Source of the DNA: Patescibacteria group bacterium
GTDB taxonomy: Bacteria > Patescibacteriota > WWE3 > UBA101185 > UBA10185
DNA: 64,000 bases
Assembly (NCBI GenBank): GCA_018825365.1
Contig: JAHJEV010000003.1
Location: 387,669 to 451,668 of the forward strand
Reading direction: 5' to 3'
Shown: in pieces, positions 1-8,316 of the stretch
Layout of the letters: every line of letters starts with the position of its first letter
Position numbering within the stretch: position 1 is the stretch's first letter
The notes under the pieces: model-generated
Told to the model about the DNA's origin: nothing
Database searches by the model: none
What the model saw: only the letters and a program-made list of their open reading frames with translations
Program-made: the position numbers and the translations under genes

Positions 1-29
1 TCATATACTCGGAATATATCCCGAATGGA

Positions 30-770
30 CTAAAGGTTCAAGGAATTATTTGTCTGCACATTTCGTAAAGCAACAAGTGCTTTCTCCATAAATTCTTCAT
101 TCATTGACCACCCACTGCCTATGCATTCATGGATAACACCTTCTAAAGACTTACCCAAAGTCTTCCTGGCCACTTCCAACTTACTATCCCAAGAATTAAT
201 TTTTGGTGAAATACTTCCGATTGGTTCTACAACGGGGGCGAATTCCGCCATCAAAGCATAAGTTATACCCTCATCAAGAAGACCAGCATCTGCATTTTCT
301 TTATTTTCAAAACCATGGGATTCAATATACCGGGCAAACTTACTGTGTGGTTTAGAGTCAAGAAGGACATGTGTACTTTCGTGCAAAGCTGTGGAAGCTT
401 GTACAGCACAGAATATATCTCTAGCCTGCTTTTTGCTGACACTTATATTCATCTCAGAAAGCGATTTAGATAATATTTCGTCAATTCCAGCTTTTAAACC
501 AGGGGTATATACCGTAACCTCTATGCCACTTTCGTCCTCCACACACTCTCCGCTTCCTAACTTTCCATTTTTTAAGTTAACCGATATATCTTTGGATGTT
601 GCGGTTTGGGAGGAGTACGATCCAAGGAAATTTTTTATTTTGCAAAGGTTTTCAACAACCTTTTCTTTTTCAAGCTCCTTGCTGGTATAAAAGACTTCGT
701 CCACATCAGCCGGTTCCCTTTTGTCCTCAACACGTATCTGCATTTCGGGAGGATCGTCTAAGGTAGTCAT
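30..770 (-). CDS. Hypothetical zinc metallopeptidase-like protein (gluzincin-like); true start may be Met at 743
   Basis: HESTH (HExxH) followed by a downstream LDEG motif. Confidence 0.5.
   Translation of the reverse strand: MTTLDDPPEMQIRVEDKREPADVDEVFYTSKELEKEKVVENLCKIKNFLGSYSSQTATSKDISVNLKNGKLGSGECVEDESGIEVTVYTPGLKAGIDEILSKSLSEMNISVSKKQARDIFCAVQASTALHESTHVLLDSKPHSKFARYIESHGFENKENADAGLLDEGITYALMAEFAPVVEPIGSISPKINSWDSKLEVARKTLGKSLEGVIHECIGSGWSMNEEFMEKALVALRNVQTNNSLNL
748..766 (+). repeat. Degenerate copy of the 5' part of the neighbouring tRNA-Gln
   Basis: GGAGGATCGTCTAA-GGTAG versus tRNA 1047-1066 GGGGGATCGTCTAAAGGTAG (one mismatch, one gap). Confidence 0.6.
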
Positions 771-976
771 TTCTCAAAAGTTATCGCCTGAACAGGACAC
801 TTTTGGGCTGCGTCCTCAAGTTTTTCATCTTCTACATTTTCAGCGCCTTGTTTTACAAATGATTTTGCTTTGGATTCGTCGAAACCAAAGGCATCCGGTA
901 CAACCACTCCGCAGGCTCCGCAGCCGATACATTTTTCCTGGTCAAGATTTACTTTTTTAATTTTCTTTTCCTGCAT
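767..976 (-). CDS. Monocluster ferredoxin
   Basis: CIGCGAC...CPVQAI motif in a 69-aa protein. Confidence 0.9.
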   Translation of the reverse strand: MQEKKIKKVNLDQEKCIGCGACGVVVPDAFGFDESKAKSFVKQGAENVEDEKLEDAAQKCPVQAITFEK

Positions 977-1045
977 ATCTATATTTTACCAATTTTAAAG
1001 CGGAAATATAAGGATTTTGGTGGTAAAATGCTATTTGTTAACCAT

Positions 1046-1119
1046 TGGGGGATCGTCTAAAGGTAGGACGTCGCGCCCTGAACGCGATAATTGGGGTTCG
1101 AGTCCCTGTCCCCCAGCCA
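1046..1119 (+). tRNA. tRNA-Gln(CTG)
   Basis: Acceptor stem TGGGGGA/TCCCCCA, anticodon arm TCGCG-CCCTGAA-CGCGA, T loop GTTCGAGT, encoded CCA; position 33 is C. Confidence 0.93.
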
Positions 1120-1240
1120 GAACGGGCACCCTATGCGTCCCGCTTCCCTCGAATACACTACAACAGCTTGATAAAAACCCTATTGAAAATCTCTTAGTTC
1201 GAACCAAAATGAGCCTTTGGTGGCTTGATATAATACTCAT

Positions 1241-1972
1241 ATGAAGTTAAAGTCACTTGAAAATTTTGATGAATCAATAAATAAAACCCTGAATTTATAT
1301 AGACTTGTAAACCAAAATATTAACTTTACAAAGGGCTTTATAGAGTATTTTGGGATTGAAAAACTATCAGCTCAAGAAGATAGAAAACGCGCTGAAGGTT
1401 ACAAAAATATTCTTAATATGGAGATTCCAAATGAGAACCTCGAATATTTTTCTGAAATATCTTTTGTTGCAATGTTCTCAAACTTCGAATTATTCCAAGT
1501 AGACTTACTAAAAGAGCTCTGGACCAAATATTCTAAATCCTTTGATACAAATACTGGTTATACTTACAACGAAATTAAAGATTTTACAAGTATAAAGAAA
1601 TTTAGAGACTATATTATTGATAAAGAGGCAAATAGTAAGTCCATTAATATAGCTGACTGGGGAAAATACTTGGAAAATACATTCAAAATAACTCCTTTTG
1701 AAACAAAAAGAGGAAATTTATTAGACGGGATTATCCATATGGGACAGATACGGGATGCGTTAATGCATTCAGGAGGTAAAGTGAGCTCGATACTACTTTC
1801 AAAACTAAAAAAGTATAATTATGAAGGTGAAAAATATAACATAGGAGATCAATTTCTGAAAAAATGGACCTACGACAAAATATTTATCATTCAAGCAGGC
1901 TTACTCAAAGAAGTGCATAACAACATACAAAAATGGGCATCCGTGAAGAATAAACCATACGAAAGTTCTTGA
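1241..1972 (+). CDS. HEPN-like (RxxxxH) protein, putative RNase/defence protein; cassette 1
   Basis: RDALMH motif in a helical protein; TATAAT at 1229-1234 lies 6 nt before ATG; stop codon falls inside repeat R1. Confidence 0.55.
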   Translation: MKLKSLENFDESINKTLNLYRLVNQNINFTKGFIEYFGIEKLSAQEDRKRAEGYKNILNMEIPNENLEYFSEISFVAMFSNFELFQVDLLKELWTKYSKSFDTNTGYTYNEIKDFTSIKKFRDYIIDKEANSKSINIADWGKYLENTFKITPFETKRGNLLDGIIHMGQIRDALMHSGGKVSSILLSKLKKYNYEGEKYNIGDQFLKKWTYDKIFIIQAGLLKEVHNNIQKWASVKNKPYESS

Positions 1973-1988
1973 CCGACATGATCAGCCA
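1964..1988 (+). repeat. Cassette-boundary repeat R1
   Basis: AGTTCTTGACCGACATGATCAGCCA. Confidence 0.9.
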
Positions 1989-2120
1989 ATCGGGACGGCT
2001 AAGGCTGCCATCTTGAATGTTCAATTTTCTTTATTATCTAGCTTTAGAATTTCATACTATATAAATGGATGACATAAAATGGGGTTAATGCAAGGTGTGT
2101 CACTCGTTACCTTTAACGAA

Positions 2121-2747
2121 TTAAAGTAGCTTATTAATTTCGGTGTAAGAAAGCTCGACTCCGAATATTTCAGTAAAAATTTTATCTACATCCTCTGAAT
2201 TTTTGTTGCCACGTAATTTCCTAATAAAAACCAAAAGCTTGTCCTTTCCAAATTTGTTGATTAAACACCCTATAACGAAACCCGCCTCCTTGTATATTTT
2301 GGCGTCTGTTTTATCGTAGTAGTCCAAGAAAGTTGTAAATTTTGTAGGTCTCTGCTTGTAACGAGCCAATTGGTTTGAAAGATAGATGCTTAGGCCTTCT
2401 GTAAGCCATCTTGGATTATCTGTAGCCGTTAAACTCTTGTAAAAATAGTGAATAACCTCATGCTTAATAAGCCTGGAATACTCATCATCAGTGTATTTAT
2501 GATTGCTCTCCTTTTCATAGTTATTAGGGTTTAGTAAGAATATATATTTACCATTGCCCCAACCCACGACCCATGCTTCGGTTTTAGTACCGTAGGCATA
2601 ATCAATACATTCTCTATCATCTATTAAACAAAATTTTGGTTCATTGTATGGTTTTTTGACATCAAAGAAGCTTTCCACTTCGGAAAGACCCTTCAAACAT
2701 AGTTGTTCTATTTTTTGATCATCTAATTTAGAAACTTTTAATATCAT
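2121..2747 (-). CDS. Peptidase MA-like zinc metalloprotease
   Basis: HEVIH (HExxH) plus PRWLTEG third-ligand motif. Confidence 0.75.
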   Translation of the reverse strand: MILKVSKLDDQKIEQLCLKGLSEVESFFDVKKPYNEPKFCLIDDRECIDYAYGTKTEAWVVGWGNGKYIFLLNPNNYEKESNHKYTDDEYSRLIKHEVIHYFYKSLTATDNPRWLTEGLSIYLSNQLARYKQRPTKFTTFLDYYDKTDAKIYKEAGFVIGCLINKFGKDKLLVFIRKLRGNKNSEDVDKIFTEIFGVELSYTEINKLL

Positions 2748-2765
2748 ATTATTTTAAAGAAAGAT

Positions 2766-2806
2766 GGTACCTTCGGTGATTGTTGTTAGCATTCACAGAA
2801 GGTACC
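2766..2806 (-). terminator. Hairpin/terminator downstream of the RiPP precursor
   Basis: 14-bp inverted repeat GGTACCTTCGGTGA/TCACAGAAGGTACC (1 mismatch), followed by a T-rich tract on the minus strand. Confidence 0.7.
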
Positions 2807-2823
2807 TAATTCGTACAGACACA

Positions 2824-2955
2824 TTACTGATCGTCAGTAGGCCCATTGTTGGTGTCATTGCACATGGTGTCACAGGGCGGATCTTGGCCAGGGCCATACA
2901 ACTCGTCACAATCACAACTCGCCTGCACATCAAGAGCTACCAAACCGAGTGCCAT
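2824..2955 (-). CDS. Putative RiPP precursor peptide, 43 aa: MALGLVALDVQASCDCDELYGPGQDPPCDTMCNDTNNGPTDDQ
   Basis: Translated by hand; AGGAGGTG SD at 2962-2969; 22 nt downstream of the rSAM stop; 4 Cys and 8 Asp. Confidence 0.8.
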   Translation of the reverse strand: MALGLVALDVQASCDCDELYGPGQDPPCDTMCNDTNNGPTDDQ

Positions 2956-2977
2956 TGTACTCACCTCCTTCCGGTTT

Positions 2978-4288
2978 CTAGACTTGTTCGACAATATGTC
3001 TCGTTATTAAAATGCTCATCGTTTCAAGTGCGTCAGACTCAGTAGCATTATAAGCTTGCGCTATCTGCTTGGCAGTTACTCCCTTCTCATTTAACGTTGA
3101 TTTTAGTATAGCATGAAGGGTTGAGTCTATTGCCTGCCAGTTGGCCGAGCTTCGATAAGCAATATAACCAAAATCCTCCTTGCGGAACCTTACCGAGGAC
3201 AATAACCTAATTACTGCACTTGCTGGAAATAGCTCGGGTTTGGCTACAAATCGTTGCGCAACTGGTTTTGAACCCAAACAGTAGGGATCACTACCAGATA
3301 GGTTTGTCCCTGCATTTAGTGACTCTATTCGGCATCCCGCACTACAAAACTTTGGATACTCTCGACACTCAACTGCACATGCTGCGGGTATGAGACTTCC
3401 ATCTCTCCACATACCCATATTCTGCCATGCCCCCAAAAGCCCGATTTCAATAGCATTCCCATAGGATATCGGGGCATGAGAACAAGGACGAATAGCTCCG
3501 TCAAACCCGAGAGTACAGCTGGTTCTGGCAGCAGAACAATGCCTGTCTCCAAACTCAGCGCGAGTTTCGTCATCTGGAAACAAACAAGCCGGGTATGGCT
3601 CCAATGAAGCTACCTGAATGCCAAAATCCCTCTTCAACCTTACAAGCTCCCTAAACATCTGCTGAATTTGCTGAGTCAAGAGCGAATACCCACTAAAGTC
3701 CTTGCAATTGAAGGGTTTGGATACTTTTGTTGCACAAAATGCCTGCGCGCCCAATTCGTAGGCCAATTTCCCGGTTTCGTAGATGGTATGGAAATTCTTT
3801 TGGGAAATAACCATGTTTACCGACACCCGAAAGCCATTTGCTATCGCAAGCCTAATGCCTGCAACAGTTCGACGATAGGCACCTTTCGTCTGGGCGATAT
3901 TATCGTTTAAAGTTGGATCAGCAGACATTAAAGAAGTTAGTATCGCTCTGATACCTAGTTGCCTCAGTAAAGAAATCATGCGTTTGTTCATTAGAGCTAG
4001 ATTTGTGTTAATGCTTATACGAACCCCGGCATCTTTCAAGGCAAGTAGCTCTGGCATAAGCTGTTCCAACACACCCAACGGTTCTCCACCAGTAAGAGTT
4101 ACGTGAAATACCTTGCTGTTGATTATCTCCTGTGCAGATTTGTTATGGACTTCCAGTTGTTTTGCACTAAGAGTCCGTTTTGGTCGCTTACCCCTACGCC
4201 AGTAGTTGTAGCAATGCACACAATTGTACGTGCACCACGGCGTAAGCTCCCATTGCACATCCAATGGTGCAGATAGTCTTGTGTACAC
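2978..4288 (-). CDS. Radical SAM/SPASM peptide maturase with C-terminal PqqD/RRE-like domain
   Basis: CTYNCVHC, TGGEP, SPASM cysteines (CSAARTSC...RPC...CAVEC...CSAGC...DPYC), ~80-aa winged-helix-like tail; GGAGGTG SD. Confidence 0.88.
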   Translation of the reverse strand: MYTRLSAPLDVQWELTPWCTYNCVHCYNYWRRGKRPKRTLSAKQLEVHNKSAQEIINSKVFHVTLTGGEPLGVLEQLMPELLALKDAGVRISINTNLALMNKRMISLLRQLGIRAILTSLMSADPTLNDNIAQTKGAYRRTVAGIRLAIANGFRVSVNMVISQKNFHTIYETGKLAYELGAQAFCATKVSKPFNCKDFSGYSLLTQQIQQMFRELVRLKRDFGIQVASLEPYPACLFPDDETRAEFGDRHCSAARTSCTLGFDGAIRPCSHAPISYGNAIEIGLLGAWQNMGMWRDGSLIPAACAVECREYPKFCSAGCRIESLNAGTNLSGSDPYCLGSKPVAQRFVAKPELFPASAVIRLLSSVRFRKEDFGYIAYRSSANWQAIDSTLHAILKSTLNEKGVTAKQIAQAYNATESDALETMSILITRHIVEQV

Positions 4289-4378
4289 GTTTCACCTCCA
4301 TATTTAGGCTGATTATTTGATTAACAAAGTTCTTCGGGACAAATATAGAATAAATGATACAAAAAGTCAAGTTATTTG

Positions 4379-4536
4379 GCGTCATTGATACTTAAAAGGC
4401 AGTAAATGACAACCAACATTGCATAATATACCCAAGAGAATAAAACGAGACACTGAAACTGCCCTTTTTATAGTGTCTCATTTGTCTCATTTACATCCTG
4501 GAGAGTAAAATAGTTCTGAACCCGTATGCTCAGCCA
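4379..4536 (+). repeat. Long (~157 bp) repeat copy A, ending in boundary repeat R2
   Basis: Aligns with 9441-9596 at roughly 85% identity by eye; contains three copies of a TGTCTCATTT-like motif, one inverted. Confidence 0.92.
4512..4536 (+). repeat. Cassette-boundary repeat R2
   Basis: AGTTCTGAACCCGTATGCTCAGCCA. Confidence 0.9.
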
Positions 4537-4665
4537 GTGAGATGAAAGCCGTGTATGTCCATTTATGTCACACAATGTTTACACTACCCCCGTATGCATT
4601 AGGATAGAGATTTAACCTCGGAGATGATATTCTAAAGTGGACGAAAATGTGTTTAAAAATTCATT

Positions 4666-5247
4666 ATGAAGCTTAATATATTTATAAAGTCGCTTGTGCT
4701 GAATGATTGTATTTTTTGGTTTTCAAACTATCTATTTCTTTCTATTGCAAGTATCCATATTTCAAAAAATATGGACAACGGTTCTACGCTAACTGCGGGC
4801 GTGTCTTTTGGAACATATTTCTTATTCAGGGGAATCACTGACCTGGTAAGCCCCCATCTTCACAAGAAACTTAGCACTAAAAACAAAGTTATTACTCTCA
4901 TTTTGTGTGTTTGTGCAGTATCCGCTGCCTTTTTCCTACTTTCATTTGTCAACAACGCCTATCTTGCAATCGTACTATTCGCAGCTATAGGTATCAGCCT
5001 AGGGATTTATAATCCCATCAAATATGCAGTTTTTTCTCTGCACTTGGATAAAAGTAAAGAGGAAAAAGAGTGGGGGCTAATGGATGGTGTTGGATTAATA
5101 AGTATCGCCCTCGCATCTTACCTTGGAAGTTATTTAGCGGAGAAAATTGGATTTGTTTACCTTCTAAGGATCTCCAGTCTTGGTTTTTTGCTTTCTACGC
5201 TTCCACTATTATTAAGGATACCGAGCTTACGCAAATATATATTTTAG
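4666..5247 (+). CDS. Half-size (about 6 TM) MFS transporter; cassette 3
   Basis: About six hydrophobic segments with MFS-like spacing, 193 aa. Confidence 0.7.
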   Translation: MKLNIFIKSLVLNDCIFWFSNYLFLSIASIHISKNMDNGSTLTAGVSFGTYFLFRGITDLVSPHLHKKLSTKNKVITLILCVCAVSAAFFLLSFVNNAYLAIVLFAAIGISLGIYNPIKYAVFSLHLDKSKEEKEWGLMDGVGLISIALASYLGSYLAEKIGFVYLLRISSLGFLLSTLPLLLRIPSLRKYIF

Positions 5248-5303
5248 CGACCGTGCAGAAATATTGGATCCTGGGCTGGGCCGTTAAGCCTGGGGAATAT
5301 AAT

Positions 5304-5328
5304 GGTTCTAGACCGACATGCTCAACCA
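5304..5328 (+). repeat. Cassette-boundary repeat R3
   Basis: GGTTCTAGACCGACATGCTCAACCA. Confidence 0.9.
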
Positions 5329-5336
5329 GTAAAAAT

Positions 5337-5933
5337 ATGTTAATGAATAAAATAGATATATTGTTAATAAATACCCCATTTAGAAAGTGGCTCTTAGATC
5401 GTGCTACCAAGAAGTACTATTTTGAGTATTTTCATGAATTGAAGGAGAAGACAGTTTTGGAAATAGGATGTGGAAGCGGTGGAGGGACGGAACTTATTCT
5501 AGAATATTTTTCCCCGCAACAAATAATTGCTACTGATCTTGATCCAAGATTAATTTCTCTGGCTAAAAGAAATGTTAAAAACAAAAAGGTTACTTTTGAA
5601 AAGGCTGACGCAACGAAGCTAACCTATGAGAATGAGGGGTTTGATGCAGTCTTTGATTACGGTGTAATTCATCATATTCCTTTGCCAGAATGGAAAAAAT
5701 GTTTAAACGAGACATATAGAGTGTTAAAACCGGGTGGAAAATTATTTGTATGGGATTTATCAATTGAATTTTTCAATACCGTTTATGGGAGAATAATCAA
5801 ATTCTTTAGTGTACATCCATACAGTAAGATGTATAGAAAACAAGAATTCGTGAATTACCTAAACTCAATAGGTTTTAAAATTATCAAAAGGGCTGAAGGA
5901 CCGAGGTACTTTGTTGTTATCGCAAAAAAGTAG
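5337..5933 (+). CDS. Class I SAM-dependent methyltransferase; cassette 4 (start revised from 5070)
   Basis: VLEIGCGSGGG, DLDP, ADA, FDAV and RVLKPGG motifs; ATG 8 nt after R3. Confidence 0.88.
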   Translation: MLMNKIDILLINTPFRKWLLDRATKKYYFEYFHELKEKTVLEIGCGSGGGTELILEYFSPQQIIATDLDPRLISLAKRNVKNKKVTFEKADATKLTYENEGFDAVFDYGVIHHIPLPEWKKCLNETYRVLKPGGKLFVWDLSIEFFNTVYGRIIKFFSVHPYSKMYRKQEFVNYLNSIGFKIIKRAEGPRYFVVIAKK

Positions 5934-6006
5934 AAATTATGAGATTAACCCAATTCTTATAGTAGATCGCTATTGCATGATTAGCGTTTAGTTATAATGA
6001 TTGAAT

Positions 6007-6031
6007 GGTTCTAGACCGACATGCTCAGCCA
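6007..6031 (+). repeat. Cassette-boundary repeat R4
   Basis: GGTTCTAGACCGACATGCTCAGCCA. Confidence 0.9.
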
Positions 6032-6092
6032 ACCAGCTTTCATAGCAACATTAACTCAGTAGTTCGTAGGTATGGGTGGAACTCCACAAAAT

Positions 6093-6123
6093 AAAAGGGC
6101 TTGCTTTGGTAACAAACCCTTTT
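6093..6123 (-). terminator. Intrinsic terminator of the 76-aa gene
   Basis: AAAAGGGTTTG...CAAGCCCTTTT on the minus strand, followed by T residues. Confidence 0.65.
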
Positions 6124-6140
6124 GGACTATAGCGAAACCG

Positions 6141-6371
6141 TTAAATGTGATGAACTGGCTCTTCTTTACAAAGCTTATGTACAAAGCAAGACACATTTGG
6201 ATACTTAGTATCCAGCTGCTCGAACAAAAGCTTTAAGTCAACTCCAGAAGCCACAAAAGTTCCGTCTACATAGGCAACATAAGTGCCTTCCAGCAACTCC
6301 CCCAAAAGGCGATCTTTATCCTTCTCGTAAGCTTGCCAATTAACATCCGGTTTATTTGGTTTATTGGCCAT
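6141..6371 (-). CDS. Small DUF5678-like protein; cassette 5
   Basis: L...GTYVAYVDGTFVASG.D pattern; AAGGAG SD; own terminator. Confidence 0.6.
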   Translation of the reverse strand: MANKPNKPDVNWQAYEKDKDRLLGELLEGTYVAYVDGTFVASGVDLKLLFEQLDTKYPNVSCFVHKLCKEEPVHHI

Positions 6372-6466
6372 TTTCAGTCTCCTTCTTTTAGATTTTCTGG
6401 ATTATAGCACTTTCATAGAAGTTCCATATCTAATACTTAATACGAATTAACTAGAGTCAGTCAAAA

Positions 6467-6496
6467 AGTTCAAATAGCGTACGTGACTGCCAGCCA
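6467..6496 (+). repeat. Degenerate boundary repeat R4b (5-nt insertion)
   Basis: AGTTCAAATAGCGTACGTGACTGCCAGCCA keeps both ends (AGTTC and CAGCCA) and the CGTA core; lies between two divergent genes. Confidence 0.55.
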
Positions 6497-6536
6497 TTTT
6501 TCAACAAAGTTTTTTGCTACAATTAAGAAAACTATT

Positions 6537-7601
6537 ATGAAGATTAAAGATTGGCATTTAATAGGCTTATCAGTATTTATATTCTTCTTAGATTTACTCA
6601 CATTAGGAAATCGTCAAGTTATTGATAATCAAGTAACTAATAAGATTGCTTTTGTTATTGCGTTACTGTGTGTTTTTACTTTTCTGTTTGGCATCATAAA
6701 AACTGTACGCAATATTTTTTCACATAGGAAAGTTGTAGATAAAATAAAAATAGAGCAGGAGGAAAAGCAGGGAAGTAGAGCAACCGGGGTAGAGATACGC
6801 CTTCGTAAACTTGTTGGAGTACTACTGATAGTGAGTGTTTCTCCATTGCTTTTATTCGGCCCATATATTATTTTGGGATTACCCAATCTTTTTTTAGCCT
6901 TATATCTGTTGTTAAACCGCCGATATCATCTTCTTTTTGATGGTTTACTTGTTTTCATTGGATGCGTAGGTTTCTATCTAAATAATTTAACTTTATATAA
7001 AAAAATAGAACTGTCTGTTTGTCCTGGATTAATCAATATCAATGAAATTCTTATAGTAAATGTTATCCCAGGATTAATCACATCTCTTTTTTTACTGGCT
7101 CCGTTATTCCTTTTTGTGGGAGACATTATTGCTCGATTGAAACTCGCGCACAAAGAAAGGTTATGTGTTATTTCCTTAATAACTATTGTTCTAGCGTTAC
7201 TTTTTCTTCCCTTTTTACATACTCCGAGAGTTGCTTTAGGAGAAGCAACAGGCGGTGGAACGGGCGGTGGAAAAGGTGGTCTACAACATTTTTCTGCATG
7301 GAATACTCAATTTCTCATGTCATATGATCAAACCTTAAAGTCTTATATATTCACTGCTCAAATGCCCAATCAAGACAGCAACAATTCCTCTTCAATAACT
7401 AACATCTGTGTTGATGGTAACCTTATCTCGATTACTAAAGAAAATGACATGTTACAGGTAGACAATGGGGTAATTTCCGATGGAAAAATTTCGGTAGCTC
7501 CCGGACAGACGGCTACTATTAAACTGGTTTCTCAAAAACCCTTCTATGTGGTTTCTTTATTTGAAGGAATATTTCATTATTTAAATAGCTTTCTTAAATA
7601 A
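6537..7601 (+). CDS. Multi-pass membrane protein with extracytoplasmic beta-rich C-terminal domain; cassette 6
   Basis: About 7 hydrophobic segments and a Gly-rich linker; TGCTACAAT extended -10 upstream of ATG 6537. Confidence 0.7.
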   Translation: MKIKDWHLIGLSVFIFFLDLLTLGNRQVIDNQVTNKIAFVIALLCVFTFLFGIIKTVRNIFSHRKVVDKIKIEQEEKQGSRATGVEIRLRKLVGVLLIVSVSPLLLFGPYIILGLPNLFLALYLLLNRRYHLLFDGLLVFIGCVGFYLNNLTLYKKIELSVCPGLININEILIVNVIPGLITSLFLLAPLFLFVGDIIARLKLAHKERLCVISLITIVLALLFLPFLHTPRVALGEATGGGTGGGKGGLQHFSAWNTQFLMSYDQTLKSYIFTAQMPNQDSNNSSSITNICVDGNLISITKENDMLQVDNGVISDGKISVAPGQTATIKLVSQKPFYVVSLFEGIFHYLNSFLK

Positions 7602-7625
7602 GTTAAAACGTAGAGACTCTCAGCT

Positions 7626-7650
7626 GGTTCTAGACCCGTATATTCAGCCA
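7626..7650 (+). repeat. Cassette-boundary repeat R5
   Basis: GGTTCTAGACCCGTATATTCAGCCA. Confidence 0.9.
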
Positions 7651-7696
7651 GAAAGGTCTCTTGTTTCTCCACCGATATGTATCTTATACTAACTAT

Positions 7697-8254
7697 GTGG
7701 TAAGCGAGATTATTCCAGTGGAACCAATAGAAGTATTAGCATCTTTTTTGGTATCTAACAATGTTATTGGATTTGTAAATGAGCATAAATCATTTAATGG
7801 TGCCACGCTCCAGCGTTATATAAAACAACAATATGATTTCTATAATAAATTGCCCAAAACAATTTTAGAAGCAAGGGTACACGATAAAAATAGGCTGAGT
7901 AGAATATTTAAGCACAGGTGGTTTTTACAAATAGTACCGTTAAAGTATATAGGGGTATGGCCGGGTGTTGGAGATTTACCTAAAGAATGGAGTGCTTTTT
8001 CTGTGCTTGACATTAGCAAACGTCTAGAGGGTACAAACAAAACCCTCCATTCAGTTCAAAAAATATATTCTATGATTCCATACATTAATGAAATACTTTA
8101 TCTATTACCCCCAATTCTTGTTATGGGTAGTGAGATACGAGATATAAACAATAACCAACTAATGCCATTTGATGCAGACGATGGCTCTCACAGGTGTATA
8201 GCTGCTGCTTTAAACGGCGTGGAAGAAGTTAAATGCTATGTCGGACTATCCTAA
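7697..8254 (+). CDS. Hypothetical protein with ParB/Srx-like C-terminal motif
   Basis: DDGSHRCIAA resembles the DGxHR motif; TATACT lies 6 nt before the in-frame GTG. Confidence 0.5.
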   Translation: MVSEIIPVEPIEVLASFLVSNNVIGFVNEHKSFNGATLQRYIKQQYDFYNKLPKTILEARVHDKNRLSRIFKHRWFLQIVPLKYIGVWPGVGDLPKEWSAFSVLDISKRLEGTNKTLHSVQKIYSMIPYINEILYLLPPILVMGSEIRDINNNQLMPFDADDGSHRCIAAALNGVEEVKCYVGLS

Positions 8255-8316
8255 TCAGATCTAATATAAATTTATTAATTAGATACACTCCGATGCCTAA
8301 GTTATAATATCAAAGT

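Noticed and set aside
1196-1215. AGTTCGAACCAAAATGAGCC as an extra boundary repeat
   Set aside because: Needs several gaps and lacks CAGCCA; compatible with chance.
1017-1244. ORFs 1017-1244 (+) and 1031-1240 (-)
   Set aside because: Both overlap the tRNA-Gln gene and are spurious.
2764-3045. 93-aa plus-strand ORF
   Set aside because: Antisense shadow of the precursor peptide and rSAM end; it starts inside the hairpin and has no SD.
5070-5336. N-terminal extension of the methyltransferase ORF
   Set aside because: Overlaps the MFS gene and runs through repeat R3; the domain begins after ATG 5337.
8255-8316. Boundary repeat between the ParB-like and glycosidase genes
   Set aside because: Only an AT-rich hairpin and a -10 box are visible; no convincing match to the consensus.
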